A stretch of 63,499 nucleotides of DNA, filler included, from Globobulimina sp. (Eukaryota): assembly GCA_003354225.1 (NCBI GenBank). It is 44 parts of 44 records of this genome, joined end to end, with 100 filler letters (N's around TTAATTAATTAA, not from the genome) between each part and the next. Parts side by side here need not be neighbours in the genome. Positions count along the whole stretch, not along the records: positions 47,709 to 49,053 come from PIVH01018251.1; positions 49,154 to 50,498 come from PIVH01018252.1; positions 50,599 to 51,943 come from PIVH01018253.1; positions 52,044 to 53,388 come from PIVH01018254.1; positions 53,489 to 54,833 come from PIVH01018255.1; positions 54,934 to 56,278 come from PIVH01018256.1; positions 56,379 to 57,723 come from PIVH01018257.1; positions 57,824 to 59,167 come from PIVH01018258.1; 36 more parts are not named here. The stretch is one strand, 5' to 3'. This document shows, one piece after another, positions 48,879-60,334 of the stretch. The stretch's first letter is position 1, and every line of letters starts with the position of its first letter. Position numbers and translations under genes: made by a program. The notes under the pieces are model-generated. The model did no database searches. It was not told the DNA's origin and was given only the letters and a program-made list of their open reading frames with translations.

Positions 48879-48981
48879 TCTACATATAACACCCGGCAGC
48901 TGCTACTGTCGAGAGTGTATAATGTAGATGTTCTACATATAACACCCGACAGCTTGTACTGGTGAAGGTGTAAAATGTAGA
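48879..48981. repeat. Two tandem 50-bp imperfect palindromes (TCTACAT...ATGTAGA)
   Basis: Units 48879-48928 and 48932-48981, each able to fold end to end. Confidence 0.8.
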
Positions 48982-49002
48982 TTACAGTTTTTTTTTTCTT
49001 TG

Positions 49003-49053
49003 ATCATAGTTGGAATCATAGTTGGAATCATAGTTGGAATCATAGTTGGAATC
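49003..49053. repeat. 12-bp tandem repeat ATCATAGTTGGA, 4+ copies, to the contig end
   Basis: Read directly. Confidence 0.92.
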
Positions 49054-49155
49054 NNNNNNNNNNNNNNNNNNNNNNNNNNNNNNNNNNNNNNNNNNNNTTA
49101 ATTAATTAANNNNNNNNNNNNNNNNNNNNNNNNNNNNNNNNNNNNNNNNNNNNAT

Positions 49156-50421
49156 CGAATCCGGAACATTTATTTTGGCAAAAAATGTACACACGAAGAA
49201 AATTTACATAATGTCGCATTATTAACCGCTCCGTTTCTATCTTTTATGACTGGTAAAATATCATTACATTCGCCAGAAATCGAATATCATTTAGTCGCCG
49301 ATTATGGTGATTGGACTCATTGCGGTGAATCACAGCCACGCGATACCCCCAAAAAAGTGTATTTATGCCGATACATCGCAGGTTCCTCACGTGATATTAT
49401 CCGTAAATTCAGCTTGAAAAAACGTAAATATGTTGGTTCCACTTCGTTAGATTCAGAGTTATCGTTTTTAATGGCAAATCAATGTCGGATTTCAACCTCA
49501 AATCTCGTTTTTGATCCATTTTGTGGCACCGGTTCCTTATTAGTGGCAGCCACTCATTTTGGTGCTATTTCGTTTGGCGGCGACATTGATATTCGAGTGT
49601 TGAGAGGAAACAAATATTTCCAACATGGCATCAAAAAAACGGATCAAAATAAACAGAAACACAAAGCAATATATATCGAAGAAAAGGAGATTATAGAAAA
49701 CACATTGGATCATAGCATTTATGCCAACTTCAAACAATATAATTTATGTCCACCTGAATTGATACGGTGCGATCTAAGCAATGTCTGTTTGGGTTTAGGT
49801 GCGATTAAATTTGATGCAATTTTATGTGACCCACCGTATGGTTTAAGGGCACCAGCACGAAAATGTGGACATAAAAACCCGATCAAAATACCAAAGAAAT
49901 ACGAAGAAAATCATCATCCGCGGACACAGATTTATGATCAGAAAGATATTATGTATGATTTGTTGCAATTTGTGGCCAAATATTTAAAAGTGAATGGACG
50001 GTTTGTGTATTTATTGCCAGCCACCATTGATTTTGATGAAAGTAAAGATTTGCCGAAACATTCATGTTTACATATTATTGGCAATTCGGAGCAAGAATGT
50101 CAAGGGATATTTCGAAGGAGACTTATTACGATGGAGAAGTTTACGGAGTTTGAGGGAAATATGGTTCCATTTATTCCGAGTAAACCAGATTTTGATGATA
50201 TGAAAAATAAAATATTTTTCAAGCAACATAGTCATTTTCATCAGAAGAATGATAATATGACAAAGAAAAATAAAAAGAAAAAGAAAAAGAAAAGGAAAAA
50301 TAGTCCCTTATTGACAGAGGTTGGTAATCCCAAAGATGACAAAAAACAGAAGTTAGAAGAGAATGATCATAATGACACATTACAACATCAAACTCATTCC
50401 ATATCCAATAAAATTGTATAA
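49156..50421 (+). CDS. TRMT11: tRNA m2G10 methyltransferase TRMT11/Trm11, 5'-partial
   Basis: LKKRKYVGSTSLDSELSFLMANQ, FDPFCGTGS, GGDID, NFKQY, FDAILCDPPYGLR, RRLITM. Confidence 0.95.
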   Translation, partial: RIRNIYFGKKCTHEENLHNVALLTAPFLSFMTGKISLHSPEIEYHLVADYGDWTHCGESQPRDTPKKVYLCRYIAGSSRDIIRKFSLKKRKYVGSTSLDSELSFLMANQCRISTSNLVFDPFCGTGSLLVAATHFGAISFGGDIDIRVLRGNKYFQHGIKKTDQNKQKHKAIYIEEKEIIENTLDHSIYANFKQYNLCPPELIRCDLSNVCLGLGAIKFDAILCDPPYGLRAPARKCGHKNPIKIPKKYEENHHPRTQIYDQKDIMYDLLQFVAKYLKVNGRFVYLLPATIDFDESKDLPKHSCLHIIGNSEQECQGIFRRRLITMEKFTEFEGNMVPFIPSKPDFDDMKNKIFFKQHSHFHQKNDNMTKKNKKKKKKKRKNSPLLTEVGNPKDDKKQKLEENDHNDTLQHQTHSISNKIV

Positions 50422-50766
50422 ACATAAAACAAAAAAAGCAAAACAGTTTTTTTTCCTCTCATGGCATGGCTTCGTGACACTTTTAAATTATGTCAAAANN
50501 NNNNNNNNNNNNNNNNNNNNNNNNNNNNNNNNNNNNNNNNNNTTAATTAATTAANNNNNNNNNNNNNNNNNNNNNNNNNNNNNNNNNNNNNNNNNNNNGA
50601 GATGCTATTCATTTTCTCGTTGATTTGACTGTGCACAAATGTTTTGTGTGCATGTATGATAAAAACAGAGTATATACAAAAAATAAAGTAAAACAAAAGG
50701 CTTTTTCTCCAGAAAAAAACAATTTTATCATTGTCATTGATACATTCTCGGTCATCCAAAGTCATA

Positions 50767-51797
50767 CTAAAGATTATAAGCAATCAAATTGCTTATACGG
50801 CTCACATGAAAATAGGATACAGATCCTAACAAACCTTGAATGTTATCAACAACGTCTTTATTCCTTGCAAGACTCATCATTCTTTCATACGTTCCTTTCT
50901 TCGTCGATTCTTCCTTATATTTGGTGGTATTCTTGGCAATTAATTCAAAACCGAGGGTCGTTTTGTGTACAAATTGCTCTCTGCTCCATCTATTAATTCC
51001 TCTTCCTTCCGTTTTCAACATCGCATCGACCGATTGCTTTTGAGGTGATTTGTTCTTCGAATTTAATACACCAACGGCTTGAGCAATGGTGTTGATTTGG
51101 TCCACGACGTTGCGTTGCCATTCATTTGTGACAACGTTCTGATTGCTTGAAATCGTGGGACGTCTTTTTGAGTGCGTGGTGGGTGGAATATATTCGATTT
51201 CTTCATCGTCATCAGATGGGTTTAAACGACGTTTCTTTTGAGGTTGGTAATCGTTTAAAGCATCCCAGGCGTCCGGGGGAGTGACCTTTTGTCCTTCTGC
51301 CGTGAGCCCGATGTATTTGATTTTATTCCTCTTCGCCTTATACAATTCCTTCGGGATTACATCCAATGAATCATACTCTTTTATGCGTTTCCCAGATTTA
51401 TTGATAAACTGTTTCTGTTCGAGAAACGCGAATTGTTTGTAATAAGTATCGATGATGGTTTGTGTTAATTTGTCACCTTTTAAGTTTAATAAACGTGTAA
51501 AAAGGTTCGCTGATGGTGGTAAATGATGGTAAACTCGAAAAGTTACCAAATATTGTACCATTCTGTGATTATATGCATTAAATAGATGTGCAACTTCGTT
51601 ATATTTGATCGAAGTCTTATTTTGAAAGATTGCGATGTTTTTGATCATTTCTTTGCGATAATTAATTACCAATTTATTCCTATGCACGAAATCCTTTTCA
51701 TATTGTTTCGATAACTCAGCTTTTACAAATTGTGAATTTAATAATAATTTTATTCTCTGTTTCACGTCGGTAGGTTCCTCCGATATTATTTGTTCAT
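50767..51797 (-). CDS. Hypothetical protein truncated at its 5' end by a repeat insertion
   Basis: The frame is open for about 340 codons right up to the element boundary, with no natural ATG at the start. Confidence 0.5.
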
Positions 51798-51943
51798 TAG
51801 ACTATGGCCAACTAAGTTTTTTTTGAGACCGTTACATTTCAAGTCTACTTATGTCTACGAGGATTGCTTGCCAGCAGCGTGGATTAATAAATAGTCCTCA
51901 CTCTATTGCCTCTACTGTCTCTCCATATGGTTTATAATCCATT
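51798..51943 (+). mobile_element. Terminus of an interspersed repeat or DNA transposon (copy 2)
   Basis: Matches 21475-21590 with 2 substitutions in 116 nt and runs off the contig. Confidence 0.8.
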
Positions 51944-52043
51944 NNNNNNNNNNNNNNNNNNNNNNNNNNNNNNNNNNNNNNNNNNNNTTAATTAATTAAN
52001 NNNNNNNNNNNNNNNNNNNNNNNNNNNNNNNNNNNNNNNNNNN

Positions 52044-53388
52044 ATCACTAATTACTGTGCCCGCATTAGGTCCGGTTGTGTCCGAATACGAAATACGCAA
52101 ATCATTGTCAGGCCCAATAATTGAAATCAATGGCACATGCTGTAATTCTCCATTTTCTCCAATCCTAAAAATATGACAGGTTGTTGCATTGCATTGTGAG
52201 TCTAATGTGAGCGTAAAACTTATCTCCATCACTGCCGCAACAGTAATATCACCCAATTTATTATCATCCGCTAATGTGAACGGTCCATTAAACTCATACT
52301 CACAATCTTGCACAATTGTAGTCGTAGTGGTTGGCTGTGAAGTAGTCGGTTGTGTCGTAGTGGGCATATTTGTGGTGCTTATTATGGTGGTACTTGTCGG
52401 TACATCCGTTGTGTACGTGGTTGTGGTAGATATTGTTGGTGCCGATGTAATCGGTGTTGTAGTGATATTGGATGTTGGTGCTTCAGTAGTTGTGGTGCCC
52501 GATATGGTTGGTATAGATATAGATAATGGCGCAGGTGTCATCGTAGGGGTAATAGTGGGAGATGGAGTGGTTTGAGCGTCAGTAGGTGAAACTGTGGGTG
52601 TTTCAGGTGTCGGACTAAGTGGTGTCGTTGTTGTAGTGGTTGAAAACGTCGGTGCTGTGGTTGTTGGTGATTGAGTAGTGGGGGTAGATGAAGTGGGAGA
52701 AGTAGAAGGTGTTGCTGTTATTGCATCATCCGTTGTGGATAGAGAAGGAACGGATGTGGTAGGAGTTGATACAATGGTTGTGCTTGTTGGTTGTGATGTA
52801 GTTGGATATTTTGATGGTTGCGTAGTGATGGGTGAACCTGTTGGCTCTGCAGTCGTTGGGTTTTGCGTCGGTGTCTGTGTTGGTGTGGTTGTAGACTGAG
52901 TGGGAGTGGCTGTTGGATTTCTTGTTATTGTCACATTTGAGCAATCCGTAAACACAGTACTCGATGGCAAAGCAGAAAATGAGATATCTTGTAAAATATT
53001 TGCATAATTTGTGATCACCAACACATAAATTTCGGCTGCTGTCGCATTGATAATGGATGGAAATTCAATTGTGTGTCCACTGTAACTACAACTGGCTACA
53101 TTGGCATGGCCAGTCAAACAAGTTTGCATTGCAGCATCTAAATCATCATAAGGTCCCCAAATAATAAAATCGACATCATTATCGGCACTCAATTGCATAT
53201 ATAAATCACCCGTTAAATCAACAGTATGCGAAGTGATTTCCATATAATACCATGTTGGGTTTCTGGCTTTCAATAAACAATCCCAATCATGCTGCGGTGC
53301 CGAGTTACGAGCATCATTTATTGGATAAGATTTTTCTGCACTAAATGTAAATCCTTCATCAGTGCAAATCTCCTCCATCTCTTCGCAT
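52044..53388 (-). CDS. Extracellular protein: Bacteroidetes-type beta domain, TxxPT mucin stalk, lectin/LamG-like domain (internal fragment)
   Basis: CL..RNPTWYYMEI, DVDFIIWGPY, SCSYS, YVLVITNYAN, then about 200 aa rich in Thr/Pro/Ser. Confidence 0.7.
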
Positions 53389-53488
53389 NNNNNNNNNNNN
53401 NNNNNNNNNNNNNNNNNNNNNNNNNNNNNNNNTTAATTAATTAANNNNNNNNNNNNNNNNNNNNNNNNNNNNNNNNNNNNNNNNNNNN

Positions 53489-54712
53489 ATATTGGTCGTG
53501 CCCTTCAGCACTGCCACACATCCCAGCAATTAAATGAATGGTCGATAACGGATTCATATAATCGCCCATCACTTTTCCTTTATAAATTGGATACATTCGT
53601 TCGTATGCATGATAATGTCCGCTTATATAAAGGTCGACATTATATTTATAAAATAATGGTTCAAATGCTTTCTTTAAATGAGATGCAGTTTGAGGAGGTG
53701 AGTCAAAACCTGTTGATGATGTGTAATATGGTCTGTGTCCATTAACAATAATCCAGTCAATATCTGGATCGTTATAGGCCGATTTCAAATCATTTTCTAC
53801 AAATTGCATTTGATCACCAAACGGTCCACAGTCTTCCATAAAATTGCGCCAATCTTGAGCAGGACTGCCGGGATAATCTGTTTCTGTCGAAATTGTTAAT
53901 ATGTGCACGTTTTTGTAATTCATGGACCACCACATATTCATAGCACCGCCGCCTGCCTCATCCTCCACAGACAACGGCATCCGGAAATATTCTCTGTAAA
54001 TTGTAAAATTCTTTAACTCAGAAAGACAATGCCGGTCTAACCATGGAAATTCCATACATGTTTGTTCATGATTTCCTGGTCCTGTCATGTACGGGATTTT
54101 ACTCCAAATTGGCTCCATCAGTGTGCCAAACCTATCATATTTTTGTGTGTATGAGGTGTGGCTCCTCCATGAAATGTCGCCATATCCAATATCACCAAAA
54201 TGTAGAATAAAATCGATTGCATTTGATGGAGCCGTCAAGTCTTTCATTAAAGAGATTGTGTTTTCTGAATTGGTAACGCCCAAATCGCCGTAGGCGAAGA
54301 AGCTAAATGGTTCGTGTTTTGTGGATGGAGAGCGTTTTGTTGATGGATCACGTGCAATAAAGGTATATATTGATGCGTTTGGTCCTGGTTCATACCAATA
54401 TTGTTTTAATGGTATTAATGATGGTGTTATTGCATGATGATAATAACGACTTATTCCACTTTCTGATTGTGTGTAAGCTGTAATTTGTGTTGATTTTAAT
54501 GTAATGTTTTGGAACTTTGGATTGGTTGCTGTTAAATACACAATTGGAGGATTGTTGTATGGCGCATTTGTTACCCATGATATGGACACTTTATTTGAAG
54601 GGATCAAACCAATATGAACTTGAGTTGAGAACGGAATTCCATTTGTTATAACTATACTAATTACCAGCAGATTTAACACGAATTTGCAGAATAATTGAAT
54701 AATTTTAGCCAT
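53489..54712 (-). CDS. Purple acid phosphatase (metallophosphoesterase), secreted, 3'-partial
   Basis: Signal peptide, FN3-like N-domain, and all five motifs: GDLG, GDIGY, GNHE, GHRP, GHYH. Confidence 0.93.
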
Positions 54713-55281
54713 GCTGCTTTTAGTGTTGGTGGTGTTGGCGTGCTGTTGGTGCGGACACTGTGGCAAAAATAGAGAAGAATTTGAGACGAATATGCAAATA
54801 TAGAGAAATTAAGATAATTATGAATTATCAGCTNNNNNNNNNNNNNNNNNNNNNNNNNNNNNNNNNNNNNNNNNNNNTTAATTAATTAANNNNNNNNNNN
54901 NNNNNNNNNNNNNNNNNNNNNNNNNNNNNNNNNTTAATGTATCAATACATAGTGTGTAATTGTTTGACGTAGTTGGTTGCAGATTATAATGGTTTTTGTA
55001 ATTATTCTAATTGTTATACGTTCTGCGATGCATACTTGTTTCATAATTGTTAATATCCTTGCACAATGCACGTGAAAACTTTATGAAAAGAAAGAAAATG
55101 TATCAACAAAGCACTGCAATTGCGTAAATTTCATATTTGTATCCTTCACTTAAACCGCATGGAATAAGTAATGCAAAATTAGAGCACAAATTGCCACAAA
55201 ACACTGTAATATATATGACGTCTTTTTGAATTACTTCCAAAATTAAAACAATATACAGACAAAGTTTTTTCTAGCTTTATA

Positions 55282-56278
55282 ATGGGCAATGAACAAGTTG
55301 CCAGCACTGACAATGACGAAAAGCAACAAAATAATGATAACAACATTGTAATTGATGAGTGTTTTTGGAATGAGGATAAAGCATTATTGTCACATAATTT
55401 ATTAATGAAACATTGGGAAAACGAAATGAAATTCGATATTCATTGGAAGAATGAAATGAAATTTAAAGATACATCTAAAGAATATTCAAATTCACCTTTC
55501 TCTCTGATTAAAATGGATGAGTATGGCGGCAAACATTTAAATTCCATTTGGTATAAACATCCTAACTTCGTCTTAAAAAGAAGAGCAATCCAACACGATA
55601 TAATTGATATATTTGTGGAGAATGCAATAATAAAACACAATAAAATTAACAGTAAACCATGGATAATATTTGTTGGCGGCGCATCATGCATTGGTAAATC
55701 GTTTATGTTGTCGCAATTATAAAAATATGATTTAATTAATGAACTTAAAAAGGAAAACTGTATAATTGACAATCATGATTTAATACGACCATTGCTTCCC
55801 GAATGGCAGTTATATTTAAAGGATAAAGACAAAACTCCAATGTATGACTTATTATACACGGAATTGGTTTATATATTTCAATGTATAATGTGGCGAGGTC
55901 TTGAAAGTGGGAAAAATATATTAATTGATGGGACCATGAAAAACTATTTTAGTTATAAGCGATTTATGGAGATAATACAAACAAATTATAAACATTATAA
56001 TATCGGATTTATATTTATTCAAATAAAAGAATTTAATATGAAAAATATTGAAGAAAGACTTAAAAAAAGAATGGAGAAAACGGGCAGACAAACTCCGTTA
56101 AAAATTGTAAAAGATTCGTATGAAAAATCGATAGTAACTTATAATAAATTGAAGAAAGGATATAATGTGGACGCAGCAATACGAATTGTTAATATTGGCG
56201 AAGGGAATGATGTTTGTGAGACGCCGGTAATTTTTGATCATATAAATGTAGAGTGTAAATTAAAACATTTAATAAAAT
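55282..56278 (+). pseudogene. Zeta-toxin-family P-loop kinase interrupted by a single in-frame TAA (55720-55722)
   Basis: KPWIIFVGGASCIGKS, DLIRPLLPEW, GKNILIDGTM, RMEKTGRQTP. ORFs 55282 and 55792 are in the same frame with only one stop between them. Confidence 0.8.
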
Positions 56279-56378
56279 NNNNNNNNNNNNNNNNNNNNNN
56301 NNNNNNNNNNNNNNNNNNNNNNTTAATTAATTAANNNNNNNNNNNNNNNNNNNNNNNNNNNNNNNNNNNNNNNNNNNN

Positions 56379-56894
56379 GGTCTCGCTGCATCAAACGGAA
56401 TCCGTCAAGTGCAAAATGCAGATACTCAAGGTGCATTTGTACGAGAATTTGGTTATCCCCGAGAACCGGTTGTCAATGATTCCGATGTACCTGGTTTCCA
56501 TGATCGTGGACCACCAAGTAGAACTGAAAGACACCGACCTCAAAGTAAATTAAATATTTTTTTCTTTTTTTGTCTCAAGTTCATTTTTGTAGGTCAGGAA
56601 TTCCCTGAGCAATATCCCGGACGGAATACAAACATGTCCTTGGCCGAAACACGAGCACCACATGGTTACGAGCAAGTTTTTCAAGAGTATGGTTGGCCCT
56701 ATCAGCGTCTAACCGATCCAGTGCCAGAGGTGATGACCTTGGGGGAAGCATTGTTTTTGGAGTTTGGCGACAAACGCATATGCAATCAAGTGCAATTTGT
56801 ATATGACAGCACTTATCCTGAAAATTGGACCTGTTTCCCAGATGTATCACCTGTTGATTCAGAGGAAGAATCTGATCGAATCAATTGGCAATGA
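56379..56894 (+). CDS. Hypothetical protein C-terminus; probable in-frame intron 56545-56592
   Basis: The ORF reads through a 48-nt GTAAAT..TTGTAG T-rich segment. Confidence 0.4.
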   Translation, partial: GLAASNGIRQVQNADTQGAFVREFGYPREPVVNDSDVPGFHDRGPPSRTERHRPQSKLNIFFFFCLKFIFVGQEFPEQYPGRNTNMSLAETRAPHGYEQVFQEYGWPYQRLTDPVPEVMTLGEALFLEFGDKRICNQVQFVYDSTYPENWTCFPDVSPVDSEEESDRINWQ

Positions 56895-57627
56895 ACATTC
56901 GATTTCAACTTAGGCATAGGACACAAGACATAGGACTTTTTATGAATTGATTTCTAACGTTTTTTATTTTATTTTCATTTGTGTTTCGATGTAAAATTAC
57001 ATTTTACTAAATTACAATTAAATTAGTTTATTTTGTGTGCATAAAATTTTGATTTACCATTTCACCAGTTTCCATTACGGTCTTATCCATTATATACTTT
57101 ATTATTATTGTTTGAATTGATTATTGCAAGTTTACTGACTACTTAGTACTTATGCATGATGCAAGATACTCACTGTTAGTAGTGGTGCAAGTTGCATCAC
57201 TTCCTAACATTGGGTATGCAAGATATACCCACTGATAGTAATATACGCTACTTACTGTAGCAAGTAGAATTAGTTTGTTGTATGGAACAGCAAATATAGT
57301 TGTATTTTAATTAGGTGAGGTAAGAAAGTACCTTTTGTTGCATCGCAGTGGACATATTACATTACTGGATAGCTGATGCAAGATCTAACGAAGCGATGCA
57401 AGATACCCACTACTATGTGGTTACTGGTAATATACTCTACTTACATACTGTAGTAGTAGTACATACATGTAAGTAGAGTGGAAACAAATATTTGGGTTTG
57501 TGTAATTGGGTATTTTTTGGGTTTTCGATCTACAAAACCCAAATAGCAAAAATTTGGTATTTTAGATCGATTTTTTGAACTTGTACAATATACTGTAATC
57601 TGTATAGTAGATTTTTTGGACAAAATT

Positions 57628-57723
57628 TGGACTCGCGAGTCGATTCCGAGTGAGTCGAGTCGATTCCGAGTCCACATAATTAAAAAACGAGTCGAGTCGA
57701 GTCCGATTTTTTGGACTCGTGCT
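57628..57723. repeat. GAGTC/GACTC motif cluster resembling hAT-MITE subterminal repeats
   Basis: Many CGAGTC copies in both orientations, truncated by the contig end. Confidence 0.55.
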
Positions 57724-57823
57724 NNNNNNNNNNNNNNNNNNNNNNNNNNNNNNNNNNNNNNNNNNNNTTAATTAATTAANNNNNNNNNNNNNNNNNNNNN
57801 NNNNNNNNNNNNNNNNNNNNNNN

Positions 57824-58590
57824 ACTTTCCAATTTGCATTAAATACTCCAGGTATTGAATCTTTTCCAACACCTTCCAAAATATGTTTCTTTGACTCGGA
57901 AATTGTCTTTGCACCACCACTTAAAACATAGTCACCTAAAGCACTGCCAATAGGGTCAGCTGAATAGACCTTGATGTTATCATTTTGGTTTTTTAAATAC
58001 GATCCAATACCAATCATAGTGCCACCAGTTGAAGAACCACAAATGAAATAATCAATATTACTATTCAGATCATTGTACATTTCCGGTGCTAATGTTTGGT
58101 AAAACGCTTCACCATTTAAAACATTATCATATTGATTAAACCAAAAGTATTTGTCAGGATCCTCATCATGCATTTTTTTTACCAAATTTTCATAATGTTT
58201 TGGATCATTTCTTGATACATTTGATTCTGTAACTATCAGTTCAGCACCAAAAGATCGGATAATATTTTGTTTTTCAAATGAACATTTAGTATTCGTTACA
58301 ATGATTGATTTCATGTCAAAATGTTTTGTAACCATTGCTAATGCAGCACCAGTATTACCTGATGAAGCTTCAATTATGGTTGTATTTCTATTGATTTTTC
58401 TAGCTTGAAATAATTTTTGAATAACATTTTGTATCATTCGATCTTTGATGCTTCCTGTTGGATTGAAATATTCTAATTTTGCAAAAATATTTATGTTTGG
58501 TTTAATTCCATAAAGATTGTTGGTCAGTTTTATCAACGGTGTGTTACCAATGGCAGATAATATTCCAGTTGATAATTTTTTGAATGACAT
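57824..58590 (-). CDS. PLP-dependent cysteine synthase / cystathionine beta-synthase family, 3'-partial
   Basis: IGNTPL, KLEYFNPTGSIKDR, EASSGNTG, NQYDN, STGGT, EGVG. Confidence 0.93.
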
Positions 58591-58807
58591 AATTGAGGTG
58601 ATCGATCTGTTGTGAATTTGGAGCAGTCTAAACTTTCTCTCTTTGGTTTAATAATTAAGATGCTAAATTTGTAGAGTAAGTGATCATAATTCGGTCATAC
58701 TAATGATTGGATTCATAATTCTGTCATCTGAACTTATTGCTTACAATGATATCAAATAATGTAAACAATTGCAAACATAAAACAAACCTGATTGAAGCCT
58801 AATGTTG

Positions 58808-58876
58808 GTCCTACAATAGGATTCAAACCTATATCGCTGACAAATGTCAGTGCGCTTTCAATTGAGCTATGTAGGC
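58808..58876 (-). ncRNA. tRNA-like element with a 4-nt anticodon loop (pseudo-tRNA or tRNA-derived RNA)
   Basis: GCCTACA TA GCTC AATTGAAA GCGC A CTGAC ATTT GTCAG CGAT ATAGG TTTGAAT CCTAT TGTAGGA C. T and anticodon stems 5/5, acceptor 6/7. Confidence 0.75.
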
Positions 58877-59267
58877 ATGATATTTCTAAATTCAACCATA
58901 ATTCATTGGCCAACACCAAGTTTCACAAAAATGGCAGCTGATAGTTTGTAGGAGGCATAACAAAAATGTTTTCATTCTGTGAATTCAAGTGAATATTTTT
59001 CCTCATGGACCAGCTTACTGAAACTTAGTGGAAATGAAAACATCTAGTTACCGCTTTCTCTTTGCGATCAGCATATGCAAAGTTTAGATATGGTAATATT
59101 ATACCCCATAAGTTTATCAATGATATAAAGAAGCAGTATTTATACATCTTCGATTGTAAGATGATGTNNNNNNNNNNNNNNNNNNNNNNNNNNNNNNNNN
59201 NNNNNNNNNNNTTAATTAATTAANNNNNNNNNNNNNNNNNNNNNNNNNNNNNNNNNNNNNNNNNNNN

Positions 59268-59916
59268 CTTTTTTCCTCTGTTTGTTGCTCAATTGTTTGA
59301 ATAATAAGTTATCCGACACACAACTTAATAGCCACTCAATTGTCTTGGCGTCGATTCGAGCGGCGTAGTCTTGCTTTTTTTCATCGTTTTCCTTTTCAAT
59401 GTCATCGTAATTGATGGCAGTCATAAACGCTTTTCGTTTCGCATCTCGTTTGGCAAATTTTATCGATGTGTTATTGGCTAATATATTTTTGAACACTTTC
59501 TGCGAACAAACAAAGGCTTTGACATTGGTGTCGGAGGAGGCCTGTAATGAGGCGTTTCTTTTTGCATTTTGTAGCAATGCTTGCTCGCCGGCATAGTCTC
59601 CGGCTTCTAATACGGCGACACATTCTTGTCGGCCATTTTTGAGCGTTAACACGGAGACAAGTCCTTCGACGATGATATAAAAAGAGTCGCCGTCGGCGCC
59701 TTCCCGCATTAAATAGTCGCCTTTGCGAAATGTGCATTCTTTTAAACCTTTGGATAATTTTAGTCGTTCATCTGAGCTTAAACCACTTAACAAAGGCACT
59801 GATTCTAACACTTCTAATAAATTGATTTTCTTTTTTTTGTGCTTGTGCTTGTGTTTTTTGTTGTGTTTGGGTGAGTCCATCTTATTCTTATTCTTATTCT
59901 TGCCGAAACCAAACAT
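59268..59916 (-). CDS. Tandem cNMP-binding domain protein (PKG or PKA-R-like), 3'-partial
   Basis: VPLLSGL, REGADGDSFYIIVEG, GDYAGEQAL...RNASL, and the start of a second domain (DNLLFKQL). Confidence 0.88.
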
Positions 59917-60334
59917 TATTTAGTTACAACGGAACCATTTATTTTCTATACAAAGTTCACTCCAAAACTACTTTTGAAAAAGCAAAACTTGGACTTTGAC
60001 AGTTTCGATGATGGCACATTAGAGAATGTCCTATTGAAGAGTGGCGATTGTATGGAATTGAACGAACGAGAAGTAACAATGGATTGAATGGAAGAATTAT
60101 CGAATTAATACGCTATACAACAAAAAAGATATAGCCATCAAAATTAACCATAAACAGTTTAAACACTTAGGAGTGAATATTATTTAGTATTATTTATATA
60201 TATATATTATACGTTAAACATGGCAATATATATCTGATTCGAATTCAGAACTATCATCACGACTCGTTGTACTCTCTCGCTCTGATTTCTCATTTACAAT
60301 ATCAATAATATGCATATTCTGAATAGAAACATTA

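Noticed and set aside
48879..48981. Cas12a-like TCTAC/GTAGA direct repeats
   Set aside because: Only two units, arms 36 nt apart, no spacers, eukaryotic context.
49003..49053. ATCATAGTTGGA repeat as a telomere
   Set aside because: Seen at only one of 88 contig ends and not strongly G-rich; treated as a minisatellite.
55720..55722. Stop-codon reassignment (TAA as sense)
   Set aside because: Many genes here end properly at TAA (4230, 4390, 31530, 50421), and long conserved ORFs contain no internal TAA or TAG.
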